DNA of 64,000 nucleotides from an uncultured Elusimicrobia bacterium (GTDB lineage Bacteria > Elusimicrobiota > Elusimicrobia > UBA1565 > UBA9628). The notes beneath the pieces are model-generated. The model was not told where the DNA came from. It made no database searches and saw nothing but the letters and a program-made list of their open reading frames with translations. Shown here in pieces: positions 27,572 to 36,681 of this stretch (the first letter of the stretch is position 1; the number at the start of each line of letters is the position of its first letter). The position numbers and the translations under genes are program-made. The DNA is taken from the NCBI GenBank assembly GCA_964358485.1, contig CAYHPY010000004.1, positions 10,796-74,795 of the forward strand, read 5' to 3'.

Positions 27572-29443
27572 ATGAAACCCGCCCCGGCCGAACCCGCCAA
27601 GAAAGCCTTCCAGCCCTTCATCCCGGCGGATCAATCCCCGACCGAAATGACCTGGCGCGGAATGATCATCGGCCTGCTGATCGCCGTCGTCTTCGGCGCC
27701 GGCAACGCCTACCTGGGCCTCAAGGTGGGGATGACGATATCCGCGTCCATCCCCGCGGCCGTGATCTCGATGGCGATCCTCCGGTCCATGAAGGGTTCTT
27801 CGATCCTGGAGAACAACATCGTCCAGACCGTGGGCTCCTCCGGCGAATCCCTGGCGGCCGGCGTCATCTTCACGATCCCGGCCCTCTTTTTCCTCGGAGA
27901 CCACCCGTCCTCCCTGAAAATATTCTGGATCTCGTCTTTGGGCGGCCTTCTGGGAGTCCTCTTCATGATTCCCCTGCGCCGGTATCTCATCGTCCAAGAG
28001 CACGAAACCCTTCCCTTTCCCGAGGGGAAGGCCTGCGCGGAGATTCTCATCGCCGGAGAGGAAGGCGGCTCCAAGGCCCGCCTCGTGGTCTGGGGCGGAG
28101 CGGTGGGGGCGGCCTTCAAGTTCCTCATGAGCGGCGCCCACGCCTGGGTCGACACCGCCAGCTGGACCCTGACCCGCCTGCAGGGCACGGTCGTCAGCCT
28201 GGAGGCCACGCCGTCCTTGCTGGGCGTGGGCTTCATCATCGGGCCCCGCATCGCGGCCATGATGCTCTCCGGCGCGGCCCTGGGCTGGTGGGTCCTCATC
28301 CCCCTGATCAAGATGTTCGGCGAGGGCCTGGCCGCCCCCATTTTCCCGGCCACGGCCCCGATCGGCGAGCTGGCGGCCTCAAAAATCTGGTCCAACTACA
28401 TCCGCTACATCGGCGCGGGCGCGGTGGCCACCGGGGGCCTGGTCGGATTGATCAAGTCCATCCCCATCGTCTCGCGCTCCTTTCGCGCGGGCTTGAAAGA
28501 GGCCTTCGGCGGGGTCGGCGCGAAAGTCGCCGCCTTGCGAACCGACGACGATCTCCCCATGAGCTGGGTGGTTTGGGGCTCGGTGGCCATCATCCTGGCC
28601 CTCTGGCTCACACCGGGGATGAACCTCAATTTGATGGCGATCGCCCTGGTGATCGTGATGGGCTTTTTCTTCGTGACGGTCGCCTCCCTGTCGGTCGGAT
28701 TGGTCGGCTCGTCCTCCAACCCGGTCTCCGGCATGACCATCACCACCCTGCTGGTCACCTGCCTGGTCTTCGTCGGCTTCGGCTGGACCAGCGAAAGCCA
28801 CATGCTCGGCGCCATGATGGTCGGGGCGGTCGTCTGCATCGCCATCTGCATGGCCGGCGACGCCTCCCAGGACCTCAAGACCGGCTACCTCGTCGGGGCG
28901 ACCCCCCGCTTGCAGCAGCTCTCCGAAGTTTTGGGCGTGCTCGTGCCCGCGACCGTGATGGGGGGAACGCTCTTCCTCCTTGATAAGGCCTACGGCCTGG
29001 GATCGGACAAGCTCTCGGCCCCGCAGGCGACCTTGATGAGCCTGGTGGTCAAGGGGGTGCTCCACGGGGATCTTCCCTGGCTGTTGGTGATCACCGGAGC
29101 GGTGATCGGGGCCTGCGTCGAACTGCTGGGCATCGGGTGCCTTCCTTTCGCCATCGGCCTGTACCTGCCGGTCTCCCTGAGCACCCCGATCATGGCCGGG
29201 GGCTTGGTCATGGCGGCGGTCCAGAAATTGGCCGGAGCTCGGGCCGAGGCCGCCAACCAGCGGGGGGTGCTCCTGGCCTCCGGCTTGGTCGCGGGCGACG
29301 CGGTGATGGGAGTGGTCATCGCCCTGTTGGTGGTGACCGGCCTGGTCAACATCGAGGCCGCGCCGCTGGCCGGATCCGGCGCCGCCCTCGCCGCTTTCCT
29401 GGCCGTCGCCGCCTGGCTCGGGGCCCTGAGCCTCAAGAAATGA
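27572..29443 (+). CDS. OPT-family oligopeptide transporter
   Basis: A 623-aa polytopic protein. The OPT motifs NIVQTVGSSGESLAAGV and a repeated 16-TM architecture are present. Confidence 0.88.
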   Translation: MKPAPAEPAKKAFQPFIPADQSPTEMTWRGMIIGLLIAVVFGAGNAYLGLKVGMTISASIPAAVISMAILRSMKGSSILENNIVQTVGSSGESLAAGVIFTIPALFFLGDHPSSLKIFWISSLGGLLGVLFMIPLRRYLIVQEHETLPFPEGKACAEILIAGEEGGSKARLVVWGGAVGAAFKFLMSGAHAWVDTASWTLTRLQGTVVSLEATPSLLGVGFIIGPRIAAMMLSGAALGWWVLIPLIKMFGEGLAAPIFPATAPIGELAASKIWSNYIRYIGAGAVATGGLVGLIKSIPIVSRSFRAGLKEAFGGVGAKVAALRTDDDLPMSWVVWGSVAIILALWLTPGMNLNLMAIALVIVMGFFFVTVASLSVGLVGSSSNPVSGMTITTLLVTCLVFVGFGWTSESHMLGAMMVGAVVCIAICMAGDASQDLKTGYLVGATPRLQQLSEVLGVLVPATVMGGTLFLLDKAYGLGSDKLSAPQATLMSLVVKGVLHGDLPWLLVITGAVIGACVELLGIGCLPFAIGLYLPVSLSTPIMAGGLVMAAVQKLAGARAEAANQRGVLLASGLVAGDAVMGVVIALLVVTGLVNIEAAPLAGSGAALAAFLAVAAWLGALSLKK

Positions 29444-31185
29444 GGCTGCCCGCGCTTTTCCGGGCCGCGGCCCCCCTGGCGCTGCTTTTATCTCCGGCGC
29501 ACGGCCAGCCCAAGAACCCGGACACCTTCACCTACGCCATCATCGGCGACGCCGACAGCCTGGACCCGGCGTGGCAATACGACGGCATCAGCCACGAAAT
29601 CCAATACCAAATTTACGAGACTTTGGTTTTCTACAAAGGGCCCTCGGTTTCGGAGTTCGAACCGATGCTCTCGCGGGTGGTCCCTTCCCGGGAAAACGGC
29701 CTGCTGTCCCAGGACGGATTGCGCTACGCCTTCCCGATCCGTAAAAACGTCAAGTTTCACGACGGCACCCCGCTCACTCCCGAGGACGTCCGCTACTCGA
29801 TTCTCCGATTCCTTCTGACCGACCGGGCCAGCGGCCCCTCCACCTTGCTCCTGGAACCGCTCCTTGGGGTTTTCTCCGTGACCGGGCCCGACGGCAAGCC
29901 GCTCCCCGGAATCTTCAAGGAAGCCGAAAAAGCCGTCACCATCGAGGCCGGGGCCCTGGTCCTCAAGCTCAAGAAACCGGCGGCGCCCCTTCTTTCGATC
30001 CTGGCGGGCTTTTGCCCCGTGGTCTCGAAATCCTTCGTCGTCGCCCACGGCGGCTGGGACGGATCGGAAGGCTCGTGGACCCGCCACCTCAACCCCTCCA
30101 AGCAGGACGCCGCCCTTTACGACCGCGCCAACGGCACCGGGCCCTTCAAGCTCGAGCGCTGGGACAAGGAGAACCGGGCCGTCATCCTTTCGCGCAACGA
30201 GGACTATTGGCGCAAGCCCGCGGCCCTCAAGCGGGTCATCTTCAAGACCGTGCCCGAGTCGGCCACCCGCAAGCTCATGCTCCAGGCCGGAGACGCCGAC
30301 GCCGCCTTTCTGGAGCGGCAATTTTTGCCGCAATTCGAGCGGCTGGAGGGCGTCACGGTCACCGACGACCTGCCGTTCCTCGAGATCCACAACGTCTTCG
30401 TTCCGAACTTTAAAATAACGATGGAAGGGAACCCCTACGTTGGGTCCGGGAAATTAGATGGGGACGGAATAACAAGCGACTTCTTTTCGGACATGGATGT
30501 CCGAAAAGGATTGGCCCACTCCTTCGATTATGACGCCTACATCCGCGACGGCTACCGGGGCAAGGGGCGCCGCGCCCGGGGTCCCGTCCCCTTCGGGGTT
30601 CTGGGCCACAACCCGCGCCAGACCCTCCTGAATTTCGATCCCGCCAAGGCCGCCGAGCACTTCAAGAAGGCCTTCGGCGGCCGCCTTTGGGAGACGGGGT
30701 TCCGCTTTACGGTCCTCTTCATGGAGGGCCGCGCCGACCGCCAGCTCGCCTGCCAGATTCTCAAAGCCCAGGTGGAGGCCCTCAACCCCAAGTTTCATAT
30801 CGAGGTGCGCGGGGTCCAGTGGTCCACCTATCTCAGCCATTTCAGCGCCGGACGCATTCCCATCGCCAACGCCCGGTGGGCCATGGACTTTCCGGACCCC
30901 CACAACGCCGTCCAGCCCTTCCTCCACAGCGCGGGGCATTACGCCAAGCGCCAGGGCTACGCCAATCCCCGCGCGGACGCACTGGTGGAGCGGGCCTGGG
31001 GGGAAACCGATCCCGAAAAGCGAAAAGCCCTTTACGCGGAGCTCCAATCGATCGCTCGCACCGATTTGCCCCAAATTTATACAATCGACACCTACCATCT
31101 TCAGGTGCGCCGAAGCTGGGTGAAGGGGTGGTATTATAATCCGATCGTGGTGTATGGATACCTTTACCCGGTCAGGAAGGATTAG
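29440..31185 (+). CDS. ABC transporter substrate-binding protein, family 5 (peptide/nickel; paralog 1)
   Basis: The start MRLPALFRAAAPLALLLS is inferred (ATGA overlap with OPT). SBP_bac_5 motifs are present (DPAWQYDGISHEIQYQIYETL, DVRKGLAHSFDYD). Confidence 0.88.
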   Translation: MRLPALFRAAAPLALLLSPAHGQPKNPDTFTYAIIGDADSLDPAWQYDGISHEIQYQIYETLVFYKGPSVSEFEPMLSRVVPSRENGLLSQDGLRYAFPIRKNVKFHDGTPLTPEDVRYSILRFLLTDRASGPSTLLLEPLLGVFSVTGPDGKPLPGIFKEAEKAVTIEAGALVLKLKKPAAPLLSILAGFCPVVSKSFVVAHGGWDGSEGSWTRHLNPSKQDAALYDRANGTGPFKLERWDKENRAVILSRNEDYWRKPAALKRVIFKTVPESATRKLMLQAGDADAAFLERQFLPQFERLEGVTVTDDLPFLEIHNVFVPNFKITMEGNPYVGSGKLDGDGITSDFFSDMDVRKGLAHSFDYDAYIRDGYRGKGRRARGPVPFGVLGHNPRQTLLNFDPAKAAEHFKKAFGGRLWETGFRFTVLFMEGRADRQLACQILKAQVEALNPKFHIEVRGVQWSTYLSHFSAGRIPIANARWAMDFPDPHNAVQPFLHSAGHYAKRQGYANPRADALVERAWGETDPEKRKALYAELQSIARTDLPQIYTIDTYHLQVRRSWVKGWYYNPIVVYGYLYPVRKD

Positions 31186-31189
31186 CTTT

Positions 31190-32953
31190 ATGAAACGAAC
31201 AATTTTGGCAACGGCACTGATGGCCGTCTTTATGGCCGCGCCCACGGGCGCGACCATAAAGAATAAAGACACCTTCATCCACCTCACCATCGGCGACCCG
31301 GAGAGCCTGGATCCGGTCTGGTCCTACGACACCGCCAGCCAGAACATCATCGGAAACATCTACGAATACCTTCTTGCCTTCCAGGGCTCCGGCGTGACCC
31401 CCAAGGACCTCATCGGGCGGCTCGCCGAAAAGGTCCCTTCGACCGCCAACGGCCTGCTGTCCAAGGACGGACTCACCTACCGTTTTCCGATCCGCAAAGG
31501 AGTGAAGTTCCAGGACGGCTCCATCCTCACCCCCGAGGACGTGCGGTACTCCTTCCTTCGTTTCCTGCTGGTCGACCGCGACGGGGGGCCCTCGTCGCTT
31601 CTGTTGGAGCCCCTCCTCGGCGTGACCGGAACCCGGGGCCCGGACGGGAAAATGCTTCCCGGAATCTACGACCGCGCTGCCAAGGCGGTCAGCTTGGAAG
31701 GGACTACTCTCGTCATCCGTCTGGACAAGCCCTTCGCCCCGTTCTTGAGCATTCTGGCCAGCTTCGGAGCCATCGTCTCCAAACCCTGGTGCGTCGCCAA
31801 GGGGGAATGGGACGGGACCCCCGAGGGCCTGGCGACCCACAACAATCCCAAGCGGGAGTCGTCCCACCTCCTGGACCACGCCAACGGAACCGGGCCCTTT
31901 TCCCTGGAGCGTTTCGACAAGGCCACCAAGGAAATCTTCTTGGCCCGGCACGACGGCTACTGGCGGGGACCCGCCAAGCTCAAGCGCGTCATCGTCAAGG
32001 TCATCGACGAGTTCGCCACCCGCAAGCTCAAGATCCAAGCCGGGGACGCCGACACCATCTACGGCCCGCAAATGTATTTTCCCCAGCTTCAAGGCTTGGA
32101 CGGCGTCGAAGTGATCGACGGGCTCCAGAATCTGGAAAGAAGCTCGATCGTCTTTTTCACGTTCAAGTCGAATCCTTCGGGAAATCCAAATCTGGGATCC
32201 GGGAAATTAGACGGGAACGGAATACCGCCCGACTTCTTTTCGGACATAAATGTCCGAAAAGGATTCGCCTACTCCATCGACTATGAAGGTTATGTCCGGG
32301 ATATCCTGCGGGGAAAGGGGCGCCAAGCCGTCAGCTTCATTCCCCAGGGCCTGGTGGGCTACAAGGCCGACCTGCCCAAGCATACCTTCGACCCGAAGAA
32401 AGCCGAAGAGCACATGAAAAAGGCGTGGGGGGGAAAGGCCTGGGAAAACGGCTTCAAGCTCACCATGGTTTTCAACGCCGGCTCGGCCCCGGCCCAGACC
32501 GTTTGCCAGATGATCAAGAAGAACGTCGAGGCTTTGAACCCCAAGTTCAAGATCGACGTGCGCAGCCTGCAGTGGTCCTCATTCCTCGAGCAGAACCAGG
32601 CGGGCAAGACCCCGCTCTACCTGGGAGCCTGGCAGGCGGATTACCCGGACGCGCATAATTTCGCCTTTCCCTTGCTGCACTCCAAGGGCTATTTCCCCGG
32701 CAAGCAGCGCTACGCCAACCCCGAGGTGGACCGGCTCATCGAGGAGGCCGCCCGGACCCAGGACTCGGCCAAGCGCGAGAAGCTTTACGTGAAGCTCCAG
32801 AAGATCGTCTTCGAAGACGTCCCCCACGTCCAAATTTCCGAAGGAGTCCGCTACCGCACCCAACGCACCTGGGTCAAAGGCTTCGTCTTCAACCCGATCT
32901 TCCCGGACTCGCCCTACGGAAGCTATTTCTACGATCTGAGGAAGGAGGAATGA
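31190..32953 (+). CDS. ABC transporter substrate-binding protein, family 5 (paralog 2)
   Basis: MKRTILATALMAVFMAAPTGA is the signal peptide. It is a paralog of the flanking SBPs. Confidence 0.88.
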   Translation: MKRTILATALMAVFMAAPTGATIKNKDTFIHLTIGDPESLDPVWSYDTASQNIIGNIYEYLLAFQGSGVTPKDLIGRLAEKVPSTANGLLSKDGLTYRFPIRKGVKFQDGSILTPEDVRYSFLRFLLVDRDGGPSSLLLEPLLGVTGTRGPDGKMLPGIYDRAAKAVSLEGTTLVIRLDKPFAPFLSILASFGAIVSKPWCVAKGEWDGTPEGLATHNNPKRESSHLLDHANGTGPFSLERFDKATKEIFLARHDGYWRGPAKLKRVIVKVIDEFATRKLKIQAGDADTIYGPQMYFPQLQGLDGVEVIDGLQNLERSSIVFFTFKSNPSGNPNLGSGKLDGNGIPPDFFSDINVRKGFAYSIDYEGYVRDILRGKGRQAVSFIPQGLVGYKADLPKHTFDPKKAEEHMKKAWGGKAWENGFKLTMVFNAGSAPAQTVCQMIKKNVEALNPKFKIDVRSLQWSSFLEQNQAGKTPLYLGAWQADYPDAHNFAFPLLHSKGYFPGKQRYANPEVDRLIEEAARTQDSAKREKLYVKLQKIVFEDVPHVQISEGVRYRTQRTWVKGFVFNPIFPDSPYGSYFYDLRKEE

Positions 32954-34701
32954 TGAAGCTCTGGACCCTCGCCGCCCTTCTGGGCCTATCCCTGACCGCG
33001 GCCGCCGCCCCCGTCAAGGACCCCGACACCTACACCTACCTCACCTTGTCCGACCAGGACAGCCTGGACCCGGCGTACTCCTACGACACGGCCAGCCACC
33101 TGGTCATCTTCAACGTTTACGAGTCCCTGTTCTTCTACGACGGCTCCTCCACCGAGAAGCTGGTCCCCCACCTGGCGACCAAGGTCCCCTCCCGGGCCAA
33201 CGGCCTGATCTCGCCGGACGGCAAGACCTACACCATTCCCCTGCGCAAGGGCGTCAAGTTCCAGGACGGCAGCCCCTTCACGCCCGAGGACGCGCGCTAT
33301 TCGCTCATGCGCTTCATGCTCCAGGACCGCGACGCCGGCCCCTCGTCTTTGCTCATGGAGCCCCTGTTGGGCTACCCGGCCACCCGCGACGCGAAGGGCG
33401 TCCTCAACCCCAACTCCTGGAAAGACGCCGACAAGGCGGTTTCCCTGAAGGGGGACAACCTCATCTTGAAACTGCCCCGCCCGGACGCGTCCATCCTCAC
33501 CATCCTGGCCCAATGGGCGCCGATCGTGTCCCGGGCCTGGGCCGTCAAGAACGGCGATTGGGATGGGACCGAGGCGACTTGGGCCAAATTCAACAATCCC
33601 AAGAAGGAATCCACCCCCTTCTACAACCGCATGAACGGCACCGGCCCCTTCGCCCTGGAGCGCTGGGACAGCACCACCAAGACCATGATCCTGGCCCGCA
33701 ACGAGGGCTACTGGCGGGCGCCGGCCAAGCTCAAGCGCGTCATCATCAAGGGCGTGGACGAGTTCGCGACCCGCAAGCTCAAGCTCCAAGCCGGCGACGC
33801 CGACGCCATCTACGCGGACCGCCCCGTCATCAGCCAGCTCGAGGGCATCGAGGGCGTCCAGCTCATCGACGATTTGCCGACGGTGGAGATGAATCCCGCG
33901 GTTTACTTCACGTTCGACATCAACCCAACGGGAAATCCGAACATCGGATCTGGAAAATTTGATGGGGACGGAATAACAAAAGACTTCTTTGCGGACATAA
34001 ATGTCCGCAAAGGATTTGCCTACTCCTTCGACTACGAGGGCTTTCTCAAGGACGTCTTCCGGGGCAAGGGCGTGCAGGCCACCAGCGCCATCCCGCGCGC
34101 CCTGGCCGGGCACAACCCCAAGCAGAAGACCTACAAATTCGACCCCGCCAAGGCCGCCGAGCATTTCAAGAAGGCCCACGGCGGCAAGGTCTGGGAGAAG
34201 GGCTTCCGCTTCACCTTGACCTTCAACTCGGGCAACGTCCCGCGCCAGACCCTGTGCCAGATCATCAAGCGCAACGTCGAGGCCCTCAACCCGAAATTCC
34301 GCATCGACGTCCGCCCGGTCCAATGGTCCACCTTCCTGGACGGCCAGAAGGCCCACAAGCTCCCCATGTTCACCCTGGGTTGGAACGCGGACTACCCGGA
34401 CCCGCACAACTTCACCTTCCCGTTCTATCACTCCAAGGGGCAGTACCCCGTGGTCCAAAATTACTCCAATCCCGCCATGGACAAGCTGGTGGAGGCGGGC
34501 CAGAAGGAGACCGACCCCGCCAAGCGCAAAAAGATCTATTTCGAGCTGCAGGCCCTGGCCTACGAAGAGGTCCCGCACCTGGTCCTGGTGGACACCGCGA
34601 AGTTCCGGACCCAGCGCTCCTGGGTCAAAGGATGGTACCACAACCCCATCTTCCCGGACTCCCCGTACGGGAGCTATTTCTACCCGATCTACAAACAATA
34701 A
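32950..34701 (+). CDS. ABC transporter substrate-binding protein, family 5 (paralog 3)
   Basis: MMKLWTLAALLGLSLTAAAA is the signal peptide. It overlaps the upstream gene by 4 nt. Confidence 0.88.
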   Translation: MMKLWTLAALLGLSLTAAAAPVKDPDTYTYLTLSDQDSLDPAYSYDTASHLVIFNVYESLFFYDGSSTEKLVPHLATKVPSRANGLISPDGKTYTIPLRKGVKFQDGSPFTPEDARYSLMRFMLQDRDAGPSSLLMEPLLGYPATRDAKGVLNPNSWKDADKAVSLKGDNLILKLPRPDASILTILAQWAPIVSRAWAVKNGDWDGTEATWAKFNNPKKESTPFYNRMNGTGPFALERWDSTTKTMILARNEGYWRAPAKLKRVIIKGVDEFATRKLKLQAGDADAIYADRPVISQLEGIEGVQLIDDLPTVEMNPAVYFTFDINPTGNPNIGSGKFDGDGITKDFFADINVRKGFAYSFDYEGFLKDVFRGKGVQATSAIPRALAGHNPKQKTYKFDPAKAAEHFKKAHGGKVWEKGFRFTLTFNSGNVPRQTLCQIIKRNVEALNPKFRIDVRPVQWSTFLDGQKAHKLPMFTLGWNADYPDPHNFTFPFYHSKGQYPVVQNYSNPAMDKLVEAGQKETDPAKRKKIYFELQALAYEEVPHLVLVDTAKFRTQRSWVKGWYHNPIFPDSPYGSYFYPIYKQ

Positions 34702-35726
34702 TGCTCAAGTTCATCCTCAAGCGCCTCGCCTTCCTGCCCTTCGTGATGTTCGGGGTGACGATTCTGCTGTTTACGTGCCTGCAGTTCCTTTCCCCGGAGA
34801 TGCGGGCGGCGCTCTACGTCAAGGACCCCCGCCAGCTTTCGGCGCTGGAATCGGTCATCCAGAAGTACCGCCTGCGCGATCCCATGCCCGTGCAGTATTG
34901 GCTCTGGCTCAAGCAGGTGGCCCACGGGGATCTGGGCTACTCCGAGACGGCCAAGATGCCGGTATCCGACGCCGTCCGGGCCTTCTTCCCGGCGACTTTC
35001 GAACTCACCGTGGCGGCCTTCTTCCCGATCCTGATCATCGGGGTCTGGTTCGGAGTCCTTTCGGCGGTGCACAAGGACAAGGCCATCGACCACGCGACGC
35101 GCTTTGTGGCCATCACCGGGTATTCCCTGCCCAGCTTCGTGCTGGGCCTGGTCCTGCTCATGGTCTTCTACGGCAAGCTCCAAATGTTCCCGCCGGGGCG
35201 CTACTCCCTGGAGGTGGACCTTTTGGTCCACCAGGAAAGCTTCAAGCACTACACGAGCATTTTGACCCTGGACACCTTGCTCAACGGCGAGCCCCGCGCC
35301 TGCCTGGACGTGCTCAAGCACCTGGTCCTGCCGGCGACGACTTTGATCTACATCAGCGTGGCCCTGCTTTTGCGCATCACCCGGTCCTCCATGCTCGAGG
35401 AGCTCTCCAAGGATTACGTCCGCACCGCCCGGGCCAAGGGCCTTCCGGAGAGCACGGTGATCCGCAAGCACGCCCTGCGCAACGCCCTGATCCCGGTCGT
35501 GACCCTGTCGAGCCTGCTCTTCATCGGCCTGCTGGGCGGCGTGGTCATCACCGAAACGGTCTTCGATTTCCCCGGGATCGGGCGCTGGGGCGTCAACGCC
35601 GCGGTCCAACTCGACATCCCCGGGGTGCTGGGCTCGACCTTGCTGGCCGCGACGCTTTTTGTGATGGCGAATTTGATTTCGGATCTGCTGTATGCCGTCG
35701 TGGATCCCCGGATTCGGATGGGCTGA
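34701..35726 (+). CDS. peptide ABC transporter permease (OppB/DppB type)
   Basis: The start MLKFILKRLAFLPFVMFGV is inferred (TAATG overlap). The BPD_transp_1 EAA-loop region (YVRTARAKGLPE) is present. Confidence 0.9.
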   Translation: MLKFILKRLAFLPFVMFGVTILLFTCLQFLSPEMRAALYVKDPRQLSALESVIQKYRLRDPMPVQYWLWLKQVAHGDLGYSETAKMPVSDAVRAFFPATFELTVAAFFPILIIGVWFGVLSAVHKDKAIDHATRFVAITGYSLPSFVLGLVLLMVFYGKLQMFPPGRYSLEVDLLVHQESFKHYTSILTLDTLLNGEPRACLDVLKHLVLPATTLIYISVALLLRITRSSMLEELSKDYVRTARAKGLPESTVIRKHALRNALIPVVTLSSLLFIGLLGGVVITETVFDFPGIGRWGVNAAVQLDIPGVLGSTLLAATLFVMANLISDLLYAVVDPRIRMG

Positions 35727-35728
35727 CG

Positions 35729-36667
35729 ATGGAAACGACATTAAGCCCATCCGAATTGAATTCCGTTTCTTCCGTTGACGAGAAGCCGTCGGCGTTGGTC
35801 CGAGCTTGGAAAATCCTAAAACGCCGGCCGATGTCCCTTTTGGGCATAGCCCTGATCGGCTCCTTTTTCCTCGTCGCCGTATTCGCGCCCGTCCTCGCGC
35901 CGCCCGCCCCCAATTCCCGCGACGCCTACCTGATCCCCCAGGACGGCTACAGCCCCGACCCGGTCCGGCCCAGCGCCGCGCACCGCTTCGGCACCACCGA
36001 ACAGCAATTCGACCTTTACTACGGAATGGTGTGGGGGACCCGGACGGCCTTCCGGGTGGCCCTGAGCGTGGTCGTGACCTCTTTGATCATCGGCGTCCTC
36101 ATGGGCGCGGTGGCCGGCTTTTACGGGGGCTGGGTCGACGAGGCCATCATGCGCTTCACCGACATCATGCTGGCCTTCCCGGACATGGTCCTGGCCGTCG
36201 TCATCGTGGCGGTCCGCGGCCCCAGCCTGCACAACGTCATGGTGGCCGTGACGGTCGTCTCCTGGCCGTCCTACGCCCGCCTGCTTCGAGGCGACGTCCT
36301 CTCTCTCAAGGAGCGGGATTTCGTCCTGGCCGCGCGCGCCTTGGGCGCCTCCGACGCGCGGATTCTCCTGCGCCACATCATCCCCAACGCCATCTACCCG
36401 GTCCTGGTCGTGGCCTCCCTGAGCATGGGCCGCATCGTCATCACCGCCGCCGCCCTGAGCTTCCTGGGGCTGGGCGCCCCGGTGGGCTACGCCGATTGGG
36501 GACAGCTCATTTCCCTGTCCCGCAACTGGATCCTGGGCAGTTCCGGCAATCCCTTCGAGTTCTGGCACACCGTCTTCATTCCGGGATTCACCATCTTCCT
36601 CTTCGTCCTCGGCTGGAACCTCCTAGGAGACGCCGTCCGCGACATCCTCGACCCCCGCCAAAAATAA
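35729..36667 (+). CDS. peptide ABC transporter permease (OppC/DppC type)
   Basis: METTLSPSEL... is followed by the OppC N-terminal region and permease core (ARALGASDARILLRHIIPNA). Confidence 0.88.
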   Translation: METTLSPSELNSVSSVDEKPSALVRAWKILKRRPMSLLGIALIGSFFLVAVFAPVLAPPAPNSRDAYLIPQDGYSPDPVRPSAAHRFGTTEQQFDLYYGMVWGTRTAFRVALSVVVTSLIIGVLMGAVAGFYGGWVDEAIMRFTDIMLAFPDMVLAVVIVAVRGPSLHNVMVAVTVVSWPSYARLLRGDVLSLKERDFVLAARALGASDARILLRHIIPNAIYPVLVVASLSMGRIVITAAALSFLGLGAPVGYADWGQLISLSRNWILGSSGNPFEFWHTVFIPGFTIFLFVLGWNLLGDAVRDILDPRQK

Positions 36668-36681
36668 CAATCGGAGAACGC

